DNA of 64,000 nt from Lama guanicoe (Eukaryota): positions 930,001 through 994,000 of the forward strand of contig MU054026.1 in assembly GCA_013239625.1 (NCBI GenBank), written 5' to 3'. Shown piece by piece: positions 26,838 to 39,376 of the stretch. The translations under genes were made by a program, and so were the position numbers. The notes below the pieces were generated by a model. The model made no database searches. It was not told the origin of the DNA and was given only the letters and a program-made list of their open reading frames with translations. Position 1 is the first letter of the stretch. Each line of letters begins with the position of its first letter.

Positions 26838-29800
26838 AGAGGGGGATCGAGATGGTGGAATAAGAGGATATGGAGATCGCCTCGCCCCCAAACACAAAAA
26901 TATTCCCACATGTGGATCAATTCTCACAGATAATTAACTGGAAACTGGCAGAAGAACTCCTATACAACAAAGGCTGAAAGAAAGGCTTTGGGTCAGGACC
27001 TGTGCCACTGGGAGGGAACTTAGAGGAAAAGGGAGATCACATGTGTAGAAATTTACCCTGGGAAGAGAGCAGGTTGAATCGCAGACTGAGCATCCCAGTC
27101 CTAAGGCTCTAGGAGGAGGAGACAAGCCCCCTTGGCTCCTTGGAGAACTGCTGCGATGCTGGAAAGGCTAGAGAAGCCTAGACTCTACTCATGGGAAGCG
27201 CATGCGTTCTAGCCTGCCACCAGACAGGGTGGAGAGAGGTCTGTCCCAGTGGCTGCCACCTCACTGTGCTGCCCAATTCAAGCTGAGCAAACTCAACACC
27301 CTTGCACTGCTCAGTTTGTGCCACAGTTTGGTACTGGATCCAGGGCAGGCAGAACTTGGGAAAAAAACTCAATCTAAGATGCAGAGCTGCTCTTTAGGCC
27401 TGGAGGGTAGTCCAGACGGAGCGGCAGTAGCCATTTTGGTGCTTAATCAAACAATACCACAGACACAGCTCAGACTTCTGACAGGAGTCCAGTTGCTTCA
27501 GTTCCAACAACCACAATGCCACAATCCCCAGTGCCAGCCAAGTGAATGCTCTGGCTCTGCCCACTCCATGCTATACCTTCCCCTAGATCTTGTACTACTA
27601 CAACAGGGGAAAAGGCATAACCTTGGGCTGCACCTGAGCAGAGCCACAGATGCCAATACAGGCAGCACATTAGACCACACCGGGGCTCTTGGGGCATAGG
27701 GGCCCCACTTACTTCAGCACTTCCCTCTTTTGGGGAAAAGGCCCCAGAGAAGGAATAAAGAAAAATACTTACTGAAAAGAAATAGAACCAGTTTGAGACT
27801 GAACCTCAGGGCTTTCACTCCAGCAACTTGGGGGCAATCTTGCCCCTGACAGGCTCTAGCCCCTCAAACATCAGACCCATCCCCATCAAGGTGATAGTGC
27901 CCACTATTCCCTGAGGAAAGATGTGGCTGGAGTCCACACCAAATCCAGCCATTACACCAAAGATACTGGACCCACGCAGTCTACACAGGGGCACTCTCAC
28001 ATGAAAACACTTCTTCAAGACCACAACAGATAACTATTGCACCTGAGTTCACAGAAACATAGGAAGTTAAGTAAAATGAAAATGCAGAGTAACTACTCTC
28101 AACTGAAAGAGAAATAGAAAAATCCTGGAAAAAATAATGAAACAGATAATCAGGCTACTAGACACATTCAAAAAGGTGGCAATAAAAATGCTAACTGAAT
28201 TAAGAAAGTGAATCAATCTAAACAGAGATCATTTTAATAAGGAACTAAAAACTATAGAGAATACTCCAAAAATACATAATACAACTTCTGAGATAAAAAA
28301 AAACACTCTAGGAACAATGATTGGCAGACTAACTGACAAAGAAGAATGCGTAAGTGGAATTGGAATTCAAAACTGGAAGAGAAGAGGTAAAATTGTCACA
28401 ATATGTGGATGACTTGATACTATATAAAGAATACCCTAAAAGCCCCACCACACAAAAACTACTAGAGCTGATAAAAGAATTCAGGAAGGTAGCAGGATAC
28501 AAGATTAACATACAAAAATCAGTTGCATTTCCTTACACTAACAATGAATTAGTAGGAAAAGAAAGTAAAGAAATAATTCGTTTTAAAATCACATCCAAAA
28601 CAATGAAATACTTAGGAATAAACCTGACCAAGGAGGTGAAAGATTTATACATGGAGAATTACAAAATATTGATTAAGGAAATTAAAGATGACTGGAAGAA
28701 ATGGAAAGATATTCCATACTCTTGCATTGGAAGAAGCAATATTGTTAAAATGGCCATACTGCCCAAGGTAATTTGCACATTTAATTTGATCCTTATTAAA
28801 TTACTCAGGACATTTTTTCACAGAACTAGAACAAACAATCCTAAAATGTATATGGAATCACAAAAGACCCAGAATTGCCAAAGCAGTATTGAAGAAAAAG
28901 AACGAAGCTGGAGGACTAACCATCCAGACTTCAGACAATACTATGGAGCTACAGTAATCAAAACAGCATGGTGTTGGCATAGAGGCAGACCTATGGATCA
29001 GTGGAACAGAATAAAGAGCTGAGATCTGCTGAATGGTGCAGCAATCTCATTTCTGGGTATATATCTGGAAAGGAGCTCTAATTTGAAAAGATACATGCAC
29101 TCCAATGTTCATAGCAGCACTATTTACAATAACCAAATCATGGAAGCAACCTAAATGTCCGTCAACAGATGACTTGATAAAGAAGTTATGATATATTCAT
29201 ACAATGGAATACTACTCAGCCATAAAAAAGAATAAAATAATGCCATTTGCAGCAACATGGATGGACCTAGAAATCATCATTCTAACTTAAGTATGCCAGA
29301 AAGAGAAAGAAACATACTATATGATAACACTTATATGTGGAATCTAAAAAAAAAAAAAAGACACTATGAACTCATCTACAAAACAGAAACAGACTTGCAG
29401 ACATAATAAAAAATCTTATGGTTACCAGGGAAAGAGGTTAGGCGGGGATAAATTTGGGAGGTTGAGATTTGAAAATGTTAGCCACTGTACATAAAAATAG
29501 ATTTAAAAAATGTTTCTTCTGTAGAGCACAGGAAAATCTGTTCAAAACTTTCATGCCAGCAACTTGAGGGCAAACGAAAAGGAATATGAAAATGAATATA
29601 TGTATGTATATGCATGACTGGGACATTGTGCTGTACACCAGAAACTGACACATTGTAACTGATGGTACTTCAATTAAAAAATTAATAAAAAAGAACTAAT
29701 CATGAGTTCAGCAAACTGGCAGGATACAAGATTAATATATAGAAATCTGCTACATTTCTATACAACAGTAATGAACTATCAGAAAGAGAAAGTAAAAAAG

Positions 29801-31674
29801 AAAATTTCATTTAAAATAGCATCAAAAAATAAAATTAAATATGTAGGAATAAATTTAATCAATGAGGAGAAAAATCTGTACTCTGAAACTTGCAAAACAC
29901 TAATGAAGGAAACTGAAGATGATTCAAAGAACTAGAAAGAAGTTCCACATGCTTGGATTGGAAGAATTAATATTATTTAAATGACCATGCTACCCAAGGC
30001 AATCTACAGATTTAATGCAATCCCTATCAAAGTTCTGAGGACATTTTTTCACTGCAGTTAAACAAATAATCCTAAAATTTATGTGGAACCACAAAAGACT
30101 GCAAATTGCCAAAAAAAAAAAAAAAAACCAAAAAAAAAAAAAAAAAGCCTGAGAAAAAAGAACAAAGCTGGAGGTACAACCCTCGCAGAATTCAGACTAT
30201 ACTGCAAAGCTACAGTAATAAAAACAGTATGGTATTGACACAAAAAAAGACAATGAAACAGAATAGAGAACCCGAAATTAAATGCACAGGGCTATGGTCA
30301 ATTAATCTATTGCAAAGGAGGCAAGAATATACAATGAAGAAAGATAGTGTTTCAATAAGTGGTGCTAAGAAAACTGCTCAGCTACATGTAAAAGAATAAA
30401 ATTAGAATGAAATTAGATTACTATCTTACACCTTTTATAAAGCTAAACTCTAAATGGTTTATAGACCTAAATGTAAGACCTGAAACAATAAAACTCCAAG
30501 AAGAGAACATAGGCAGAACAATCTTTGACATAAATCATAGCAATATTTTCTTGAATCAGAGTCTTGTGGCAAAAGAAATAAAAGTGAAAATGACCATTGG
30601 GACCAAATTAAACTTAAAAGCTTTTGAACAGCAAAGAGAACCATTGACAGACTAAAAGGACTACCTACAGAATGGGAGAAAATATTTTCAAATGACTGGA
30701 CAGACAAGGGGTTAATATCCAAAATATACAAACAGCTCATACAACTCAATATCAAAAACAAACAAACAAAAATACAATCGAAAAATGGGCTGAAGACTTG
30801 AATAGATATTTTTCCTAAGAAGACATACTAATGGCTAACAGGCACACAGAAAGATGCTCAACATTGATAATTATTAGACAAATGCAAATCATAGCCATGA
30901 GACGTCATCTCACATCTGGTAGAATGGCTATCATCGAAAAGTTCACATATAGCAAGTGCTGGATGTAGAGAAAAAGTAACGTGCACACTTTTGGTGGGAA
31001 TGTAAGCTGGTGCAGCCACTGTGGGAAACAATAAGGAGTTTCATTTAAAACTAGAACTACCATATGATCCAGCAATTGCACTCCTGGGTATATGTTTGGA
31101 AAAAATGAAAACACTAATTTGCACAGATACATGAACCACAATATTCATAACAGCACCATTTACAACAGCCAAGACTTGGAAACATCCTGTGTCCATCATC
31201 AGATGATTGAATTAAGAATAAGTATATAATGGAATATTTCTCAGCCATAAAAATGAATGAAATACTGCCACTTTCAGTAACTTTGATGGGCTTAGAGAAT
31301 ATTATGCTCACCAAAATAAGTCAGACAGAGAAAGGCAAATACTATACGATACCACTTATATGTGGAATCTAAAAAATATTACAAGTAAATGTATATGCAA
31401 AACAGAAAAAAACTCACAGATGTAGAAAACAAACTTCCAGTTACTCAAGGTGAGAGGGACAGGTGAGGGACAAATTGTGGGTGTGGGATTAACAGAATCA
31501 AACTATTATTTGTAAAATAGATAAGCAACAAGGATATATTATATAGTACAGGGCATTATACCCATTATCTTGTGATAACGTGTAATAAAATGTAATCTGA
31601 AAGAATACTGAATCCCTGTGCTGTGCACCTGAAACTAACACAATATTGCAAATCAACTATATTTCAGTAAGAAA
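26838..31674 (+). mobile_element. Formerly full-length LINE-1 (5'UTR, ORF1 start, large internal loss, ORF2 3' half, 3'UTR) hosting a nested younger L1
   Basis: TSD AAAATTAAGTTCAC (26824-26837) / AAACTTAAGTTCAC (31675-31688). GC-rich 5'UTR from 'gagggggatcgagatggtgg'. ORF1-like start ATG at 28076 (MKMQSNYSQLKE). ORF2 remnants at 29692-31370. Confidence 0.85.
28361..29692 (+). mobile_element. Nested lineage-specific L1 (RT region to poly(A)) with an internal deletion near 29020
   Basis: ORF 28354-29022 encodes [13 protein letters not shown]...DQWNRIKS, then jumps to the ORF2 C-terminus. It has its own 3'UTR and A-tail ending about 29692. Confidence 0.85.
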
Positions 31675-31992
31675 AAACTTAAGTTCACTATACACATAAA
31701 AAGCTAGAATATATAAATAATACAAAATTCTAGTACCTAGACATTAAAATATAACTACTTTAGCCAGTATAAACTATAGAACCCTTAACTTCAAAATAAA
31801 ATAATCATAAATATGCAAATATATATTTCATAAGATTATCACTGATACATACATAACAGTGGTATCAATCAAATCCCCAATTTATCTACTATTTCCTTTA
31901 TTGATCACTACTTGCAAATTGGATTTTAAGAAACTTCTTTTTTTTGGTCTATCCTTCAACAACCATTGGGAACTTTACTATTAAGAGCCCTC

Positions 31993-32255
31993 AATGGTAT
32001 CACTTATATGTGAAATTTGAAAAATACAACAAACTAATGAATAAAATGAAAAAAGCAGCAAACTCACAGATATATTGCAGTAACTAGTGGCTACCAGTAG
32101 GGAGAGGAATGGAGGAGGGGCAATATAGAGATATAGAATAAAAGAAAAGGGATATTATAAGAGTATATGAAATCATGCGTGTAAAGCTTTTGAAAATTGT
32201 AAAGCACTACAGAATTGAAAGAATCTTTCATTCAATTTCAAAAAAGGAAAAAAGA
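31993..32255 (+). mobile_element. Short LINE-1 3'-end fragment
   Basis: 'atggtatcacttatatgtgaaatttgaaaaatacaacaaacta...ctagtggctaccagtagggagagg' plus A-tail; degenerate TSD aagagccctca / aaaagttctca. Confidence 0.7.
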
Positions 32256-33227
32256 AAAAGTTCTCATGCTGTTTGTGGCTGGCTACTGTGCTTTTAGAGC
32301 AAAGACACAGAAAGGCTGGGGTATACATGTATTTTAACATCATATTAGTAAGCTTCTGAGGTCAGGACGGCTCCACTCAGCAGTCAGAACAGTAATTATA
32401 TGCTCATTTCCTCTCTCATAGTGACACCAAAAGAAAAAAAAAATCTTTACAGAAAATATGGCAGCTCCAGATGGAGGCTTTCCATCTATCAAGAGAACAG
32501 ATAATTTTGATTAACCCTTAGATATTTTCCTCAGTCAATTCTTCTTTTATTTTGATCTATTAACTCTGTAAAATATCCTAACATATGATTACTAATGATT
32601 ACTTATATATGAGTGTCTACTGAACATTTTATAAGGACTTTTTCTAAAATATGCTATCACTGATTAAATCTGACACTTTAGAAAGACCAACTGAACACTT
32701 GAACACTTTCAATATATTTTGAAATAAAAATGAGAACATCCATATATGGAGTTAACCTCACATTTTTGAAAGCCATTCAGTTATAACACTTTCATCAACA
32801 GCACCATGCCAATGACTCTCCAGTCACCATTGCCAACTCTTTTATTCTTCACTTGATGCCTGTATTCCTTCTCTTGAGTCCTGGATGCTAAAAATTCCAC
32901 AAAGATTCAGACATTTCAAATGTCTAAATCTGAATAGCCAATTTTGCATTTCATGTATGTTCGTTAGCTATTTTGTAAGCATCTTAATGCTTTTGAACAC
33001 TTCCTTAATAAAATGGGCAAAGAGCGAGTGCACGCACACACACGCACACATACACAAAGAGGCAATATATTTGAATGCTTGCCAGTTACAACACTGAAAA
33101 AATAATTCCTCTTGGACAAGAGATTGGTTATTATTCATTTAACTCATTTGCTGACTAGAAATTCTTTTTGACTACTCTACATAAACCTTCCCCCCGCCAA
33201 AAAAATATTAACACAACTATTACATTT

Positions 33228-33791
33228 GTAAAAATAAGAAGTTTGACTAATATATATTTGGATTCCAAACAATAAACTAAAAAATAAGTTGACAAAGCAT
33301 TCGATCATTTACTTTAGAAAATCTGCAGTTGTATACCCATGCCCTACTTCTTTGAGATGTAAATCTTCTACAGCTCAGGAGTGTCATTCTTCAGGACTTG
33401 GGAGTCAGTCCTTGGAACTGTAACCAGGAAGAATGATAAGGCCCCTGTCTCTCAATCTCTGTGAAAGGGCAGGAGCCTAACTTCAATAAGTGACTATTAG
33501 CAAACCCAGACAGCCTAACAGCACTGATCAAATTCCTTCTAACATCCTCCAGGTTTTTATTTCATTACCTCATTCCAGTTTTTAAAAATCTTCCATCGTT
33601 TGGATCAGTGGAATTGAGTTCAAGTCTCTGTCATTTCAGTAGCCTTGACTTCTTTTATTTTTTTAATGTTGAAGATAATTTATTTTTTATTTACTTTTTT
33701 ATTGAGGTATAGTCAGTGTCTAATGTGATAGTCCTAAATAAAGACATCCTTTCCATTTTTAACAGGTGCCTGATGTAATTTTTCTTTTACA
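33228..33791 (+). mobile_element. ERV1-type LTR (MER31-like) with a short reverse L1 tail inserted at about 33652-33725
   Basis: LTR-like end 'aataaagacatcctttccatttttaacaggtgcctgatgtaatttttcttttaca'. The internal 'tttttattgaggtatagtcag' is an L1 3' terminus. Confidence 0.6.
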
Positions 33792-34009
33792 GTATTATAT
33801 TAGGAGCTGTGAAATATGGAGCAGAAACAGACATGTCATTCTTATTTTACAGAATATATAATCTTTTTAATAAAAAATAAAAATATATAAAAATATTAGT
33901 GAAAAAGTAAGGGTAATAGAGGTTCTATGAAAGCAGATGTCCATGTGACTTGGAAATAGTCTATCAATAAGGTCATTAGTTAACACCTATGTGAGCCCAA
34001 GCAATATTG

Positions 34010-34300
34010 TACAAAGAGCACCTCTGAATTTGCCATTGACTAGTCTGTAACCTTAATCAGGTCACTTAATATCTATGCACTTTGGATTCCTCATTAATAA
34101 AAAGGAAATAATAGCTGATTTAACTATGTTATGAGACTTAGCGATACACAAAAAAATATTAAGAACTTATGGTGTGGTGCGCATAATGTTCTAAATGCTT
34201 TGTATCTATCATTTAATTCTCACAACTTCAGGTGATACTCTTTTTATTCCAATTTTCATATAAGGTAACTAAAGCACAGCAATAGTTAATATCTTAATCA
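34010..34300. mobile_element. Two adjacent MIR fragments in opposite orientation
   Basis: A + core 'tgccattgactagtctgtaaccttaatcaggtcacttaa', then a - copy 'aatgctttgtatctatcatttaattctcacaac'. Confidence 0.6.
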
Positions 34301-35971
34301 AGATACTCTGCCTGGCCACCCAGCCATAGTAGCCTCTTGGATCCTTCCCTGAGAGCCGAAGAGCAGTTATTCTCAAGGTCAGGTCTATGTCTCACGCGTC
34401 TGTTATATTAACTACAATGTTCAGGCATCAGAGATGATAGAATTGAGTTGGGTAATTGATAAATATCGATAGCTGTGTGAGTTGTATGTGAAAATGTATT
34501 AATGCATATATCCTAGCTCTAATATGGAGCAATTCCTGTTCTCTTGATTCTCTTCTCTCTTGCTCTTTGCTTTTCAGTCATTTGCATATTTGTTAACACA
34601 CATTCTGTAGGACAAGCAAGGACAAGGTGAGTGATGCAAATTTAAATGAAATCATTCAGGCACGGTTGTGAGCAAAGGTTTGACAGGGAAGAGTTAGAAA
34701 TGATGGACTTCTGCTATTTGATTTTAGGCTATGGAGCAATGGGTAATTTCTCTCTCTTTTTTAGCATTGTTCTATTTTTGGCATTCTTTTCCCTAACAAG
34801 GAAATTTTTCTTTTGTAATTGTGAATAAAATAAATATCTATAATAAAATTTTGCAAATATGTTGTTTGCTTCTATTTTCAGAAGAGCATTAACCGTTCAA
34901 TATCTTTCAAAATATTAGCAAAATGTATAGCTTCTTTGTATGTTAAATACTGATTTCATCTGTTTTGAAAGGACTGGATCAGCCTGGGAGTCTGGAAATG
35001 ATCATTTAACTAATAACTAGGCAGAGATTAAGTTTGGCTGTTCAAAAAATGCCTCTTGCTCCTATAGCCTGTTAGGAAAATTAACAGTTAGAAATTATAG
35101 CTCATGTTTTGTTTGGTACACAGATTTCTTTGGGTACCTACAGTACTCCAAGTTCCAGGTAGTATGTGATGTGTTACTGAGTTATCTCTAACTAAACTGT
35201 CACACCACACAGCAAGAAGCAAGATGATCCATTTTTTTAATGCAGATATTTATCACATGTAATTTCTTATTTATCCATATATGGCTGCCTGACTGGCTAG
35301 GTAGTAGATGACATATGATAGATAACAGATGGTAGAAGACAGATAGATACATACATACATATATGTAATATGATAGTACTATATAAGCAGAAGACAATTC
35401 AGATAAAGAAAATAATAGCATTCAAAACACAATACAGACTATAAAATAAATGTTCTAAGAATATTCTAAAATTTCTGGAGGTCAGTGTTCATAGGTTGAA
35501 TCATGGAAACTAAAAAGTAAGTTCTTTCTAGCAATTTTGGTTATAAGGCCCAGCACAATATGACCACCAAGAAAAATCTAAATGCTTCAGTGATGAAAGA
35601 GAGCCCTAAACTAGGGCATGGGAGAGGTGGAATCTTGCATCTTATGGGGAAAAGTAAAGTGTCAGGGAGAGTCATAGGAAAAGCCAGATTATTTCTAAGG
35701 AGCCTGGAAAGGGAACAATCATAAAGAGCCAAAAACAGAAGATGGTGAAAAACAGAGGACAACTACTGATGGGTATAGTCATACATGATCAAGCATAGGC
35801 TAGTGGAAAAGCCAGGATAATCCAGGAGCTCCATTTGCACTTACAAAATCTGTAGATGCTTGTATTCGAAATACTTGTAAGTCCTTACTCCTTTGGTTCT
35901 AAATAGTAGTGCTTTACCAAACAAATGCTTATGCAGATTTGAACACTGTGAATAGAACTGTGTGATCCATG

Positions 35972-36584
35972 TGAAACTGAACAGGTCCCTGTGGGGCTTT
36001 CCCAGGTCCAAACCTTTTCCTTGTCCCCCATGTCTTGTTGATATGAAATAGACTTCATTCAGCCTCCTGGACCTCCTTTGAGTTCCTATCTAGATCCAAC
36101 CAGTTGCTCGTCAGAAAAGTGTGGAAATGCAGAAACAAAGAAGGGAGGCAGTTAAGAACAAACAGTGCAGCAATAAAGCAGGGTTCTGGTTCCTTCTCAG
36201 TGGATATACATAACAAAACCTTTGAGTTCTTCTGTAGGAACGAATGCCCCCCAGCCAGATGGCAACTTGAAGCTGGGCACCAGAGTCCTAGAACACCATC
36301 CTGTTACCTCACTACCAACCAATGAGAAGAAAGCCTGCACACAGTGGGAGATAAGGAAGACTCTGACCCCCCTCCCCAAATGATTAACTGCAATTAGCTT
36401 CCTCTTTCTCTTTTTAAAAACTTTCATGATGGAGCAGAATCTTTAGAGCTGGTTCTTGGACACAAGTCTGTCTTCTCCCCAGGCTACCAACCTCCTGAAC
36501 AAAGTAAACTTTCCTTTCCAACCAACACTTGCCTTTTGAGTATTCACTTTTGAGCAGTGGCGTCCGAACCTGAGCTAGGTAACG
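35972..36584 (+). mobile_element. ERV1 solo LTR with exact 4-bp TSD
   Basis: Runs TGAAACTGAACAGG...GGTAACG, flanked by CATG at 35968-35971 and 36585-36588. Internal CCAAT at about 36319 and TATA-like ttttaaaa. Confidence 0.88.
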
Positions 36585-37959
36585 CATGCACATATCACTC
36601 AAAATACCAAAGAAATTGAGATGAAAGTTAAGATAGTGAGGGCTGGGGGAGTGAGGAAAGGCTTCATGCAACAAGTGGAATCTGAGCTGAGAACTGAATG
36701 GTGGGAAGAAATGGACAGGCAGAGGGTGATGAGGGAGAAATTAAGGCAAGGAGAATTCTAGGAGTAAAGGTGTGGAAGAAGCAATGAGGAGATATCAAAA
36801 TGTCTAGAGGGAAATGAGGCTTTTTACATAGATTGTTCCAAATTATATTTGTCCTGTGCAATTTTAAATGCATTTCTGGAAACTAACTTCAAGGGCAATA
36901 AAAATTATGTTTACAACTGAAGTAACAGATAAAAATGTTGCTATTTTAAGTAAAAATGTTAATTTTTTAGATTACAATTTCAAAAAAATTTTACAGAGGC
37001 TGCATAGAGGGGACAATGGAGCACACAACCTGAGTGAAATGTTTTTGTTAATATTTACATTGAGGATTATTTAGTTCTGCTTAAAGCATTTTATGGACAA
37101 CTGCTAGGAGTGAGTCCAGAAGAGAAAGAAAAGAACAATTCAATAAACAATAATTCACAGGTTTTCTCAAACATCCAGGAAGTCTCAAAGAACATGACAC
37201 CATATTTATAAATCCTGACTTCACATTAGAAATATTTTACTTGTGGACATCAGTAGACAGAGACATAAGAGCCAGATTGTAATTGTAACAATCCAATAGA
37301 AGGTGCCAATTCAGTTAAGGTAAAGTCATTTATCACTCTATTTTGGGTGATATATTATGGATATTATCATAATTCAGCTTCCATGTACTTTTGGTCATTC
37401 AAGGAAAACTTTCAGTCCAAGAAAATTCCAAAGAATTAACAATGAAAAGACGTCTTTTCCTTATTTACTAGTCAACGGGGATGAACATGATTGTACACAC
37501 ACAGGTTGCCTATAGCTACACTCTTTTAGCCACATTATAGTATTTCCCCATATCCCTTTTGCATATCTAAATTGTACGTACCTTCCAAGGTCAAACTCAA
37601 AGTATTGTCTCGACATAAAACCTCCTTTGACAATTCCAGTCTTCACGAATCTCTTTTTCTTTCCAGACTTTTTTTTTACCTTAAAATGGAATGGATGATT
37701 AAGACAACAGAGTGCTATGTTTTATGAACTCATGTAGTGAATTTGGATATATGTGAGTTTGTACCATTGGCATTGCTATTGTCTTTATGCTGTCGGGCAG
37801 ATAGCAATCTCTTCTTGTCTCAATTTTCTCTTGCTAGAATGAGAACAGCAACAATTCTCAGGGTTTTATGTGTTTAATATAAATTGAATAAGACCATTTT
37901 TCAATATGTTTTACATGAAACTTGACTGCATACTCTCAGTAAATGTAAGGCATTTTTAG

Positions 37960-38623
37960 TAGTAATAAGGGAGACCTGAGGGAAGGGGGCAGGGCACAAC
38001 CATTCAGGGGTGACATAGCAATTACCACCAAAATGGCAGAAAATTCAACTCCCAACAGGCCTTGAGGCTCAAGATGGTGGGAGATTTGACTTCTCGTAGA
38101 CCCTGAGTTTCATTATACACTCATTGTAATATTAACATGGTAAATGACACTCCCACAGGTGCCGTGACAGCTCCAAGGCTAACCATAAAAGGTCGAAGTG
38201 TAGGCAGAGGCCAAATTCCTGGGAATCCCACTTCTTTGACGAGGGAAGTTGGAATGATCCTTCCACTTATTAGCATGTGAAGTTACCGAGCACATGAAAA
38301 TTGGCAACACTGTGCTGTCTCTCTTGCTTCTTCATCTTTGGAGATGGCCTGCACTCTGTCTATGAAGTATGTATCTACTTTTACTTTAACTTGAGCACCC
38401 AACCCCCACACCTTGAGGTCTTTCTCTGACCCTCCAAAACAGCCTACACTCTGTGAGGTATGTATCTCTCTAAATACACCTACCTTTACTCAACTGTGGC
38501 TCACTCTTGAATTCTTTCCTGCATGAAGCCAAGGAACCACACTTGGTAGGGCACATCCCAGGGACTCAACGGAGACCCCAGACATGGCCCTTCTCATGCC
38601 ACACATTCATTTTTCCTGCAACA
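37960..38623 (+). mobile_element. MER41-like ERV1 solo LTR
   Basis: Colinear with the recalled MER41 consensus: 'caagatgg...tcattatacactcattgtaatattaacatggtaaatgacactcccacaggtgccgtgacag...ttcctgggaat...ttagcatg...actctgtctatg'. Ends cctgcaaca; the left boundary is approximate. Confidence 0.8.
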
Positions 38624-38804
38624 TTACTATTAGTCCACCAAAACAGAAAAAAAATTTTTTGGAATGGAATGACTCTATTTTTGATACTCACTGTGACTAC
38701 AATGCTTTTCCTGTCAATAAAAATTCTAACTATCCTTCAATACTCAGTTCTTACACTATTATTAATACTCTCTCAAATACTTCAGTAACTACTAAATCTC
38801 CTTT

Positions 38805-39376
38805 TGAAATTGAGCAGGACTCTGTGGGGTCCTCCTGGGTACAAAAACCCATCTATGTCTTCCATTCCTTGTTTGTAGGAAAAAAGGCTTCAGGCTCCTA
38901 GACCTTGCCTGAGTTCCAAAGGACAGATTCAAACAGTTACTAATTAGAGAAGTGAAGACATGAGGAAACAAAAGAAACACAGTCAGGAAACAACAGTGCA
39001 GAGATAAAGCAGGGTCCTAGTTTCTTCTCAAGGGATGTACATAACAGTGTATCTCTGAATTATTCTATAGAAACTAAGGCCCCCACCCAAGCAGAGGATG
39101 GTAACTTCAGGCTGAGCACAAGATTCCTCGAACACCACCGTTACGTCACCACCAACCAATCAGAAGAGCGTCAAACATCCTGCAACCTTCATCCCAAAAT
39201 ATGCCTTTAAAACTCTTCCCTGCAAACCATTTGGGGAACTCAAGTCTTTTGAGGATGAGACACCTGTTTTGCCTTTCTTGACCCATGCGATAAACCTTTC
39301 TCTGCTCTAATCACCAAAGTTTTGGGTTGTCTGGCTTCACTGTACATCAGGCAAACAAACTTAGGTTTGAAAAAAA
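38805..39376 (+). mobile_element. ERV1 solo LTR related to the LTR at 35972
   Basis: Shares its start (tgaaattgagcaggactctgtgggg) and internal blocks (acagtgcag..ataaagcaggg; gaacacca..gttac.tcac.accaaccaat). Flanks cttt/cttg. Confidence 0.85.

Noticed and set aside
27202..27699. 165-aa ORF
   Set aside because: Lies within the GC-rich 5'UTR of a decayed L1 and resembles no protein I recognise.
30106..30399. Lys-rich ORF MPKKKKK...
   Set aside because: Translation of an expanded A-tract inside decayed L1 ORF2.
35972..39376. LTRs at 35972 and 38805 as the two ends of one provirus
   Set aside because: Each has its own flanking 4-bp duplication, they are clearly diverged, and no gag/pol/env or primer-binding site lies between them.
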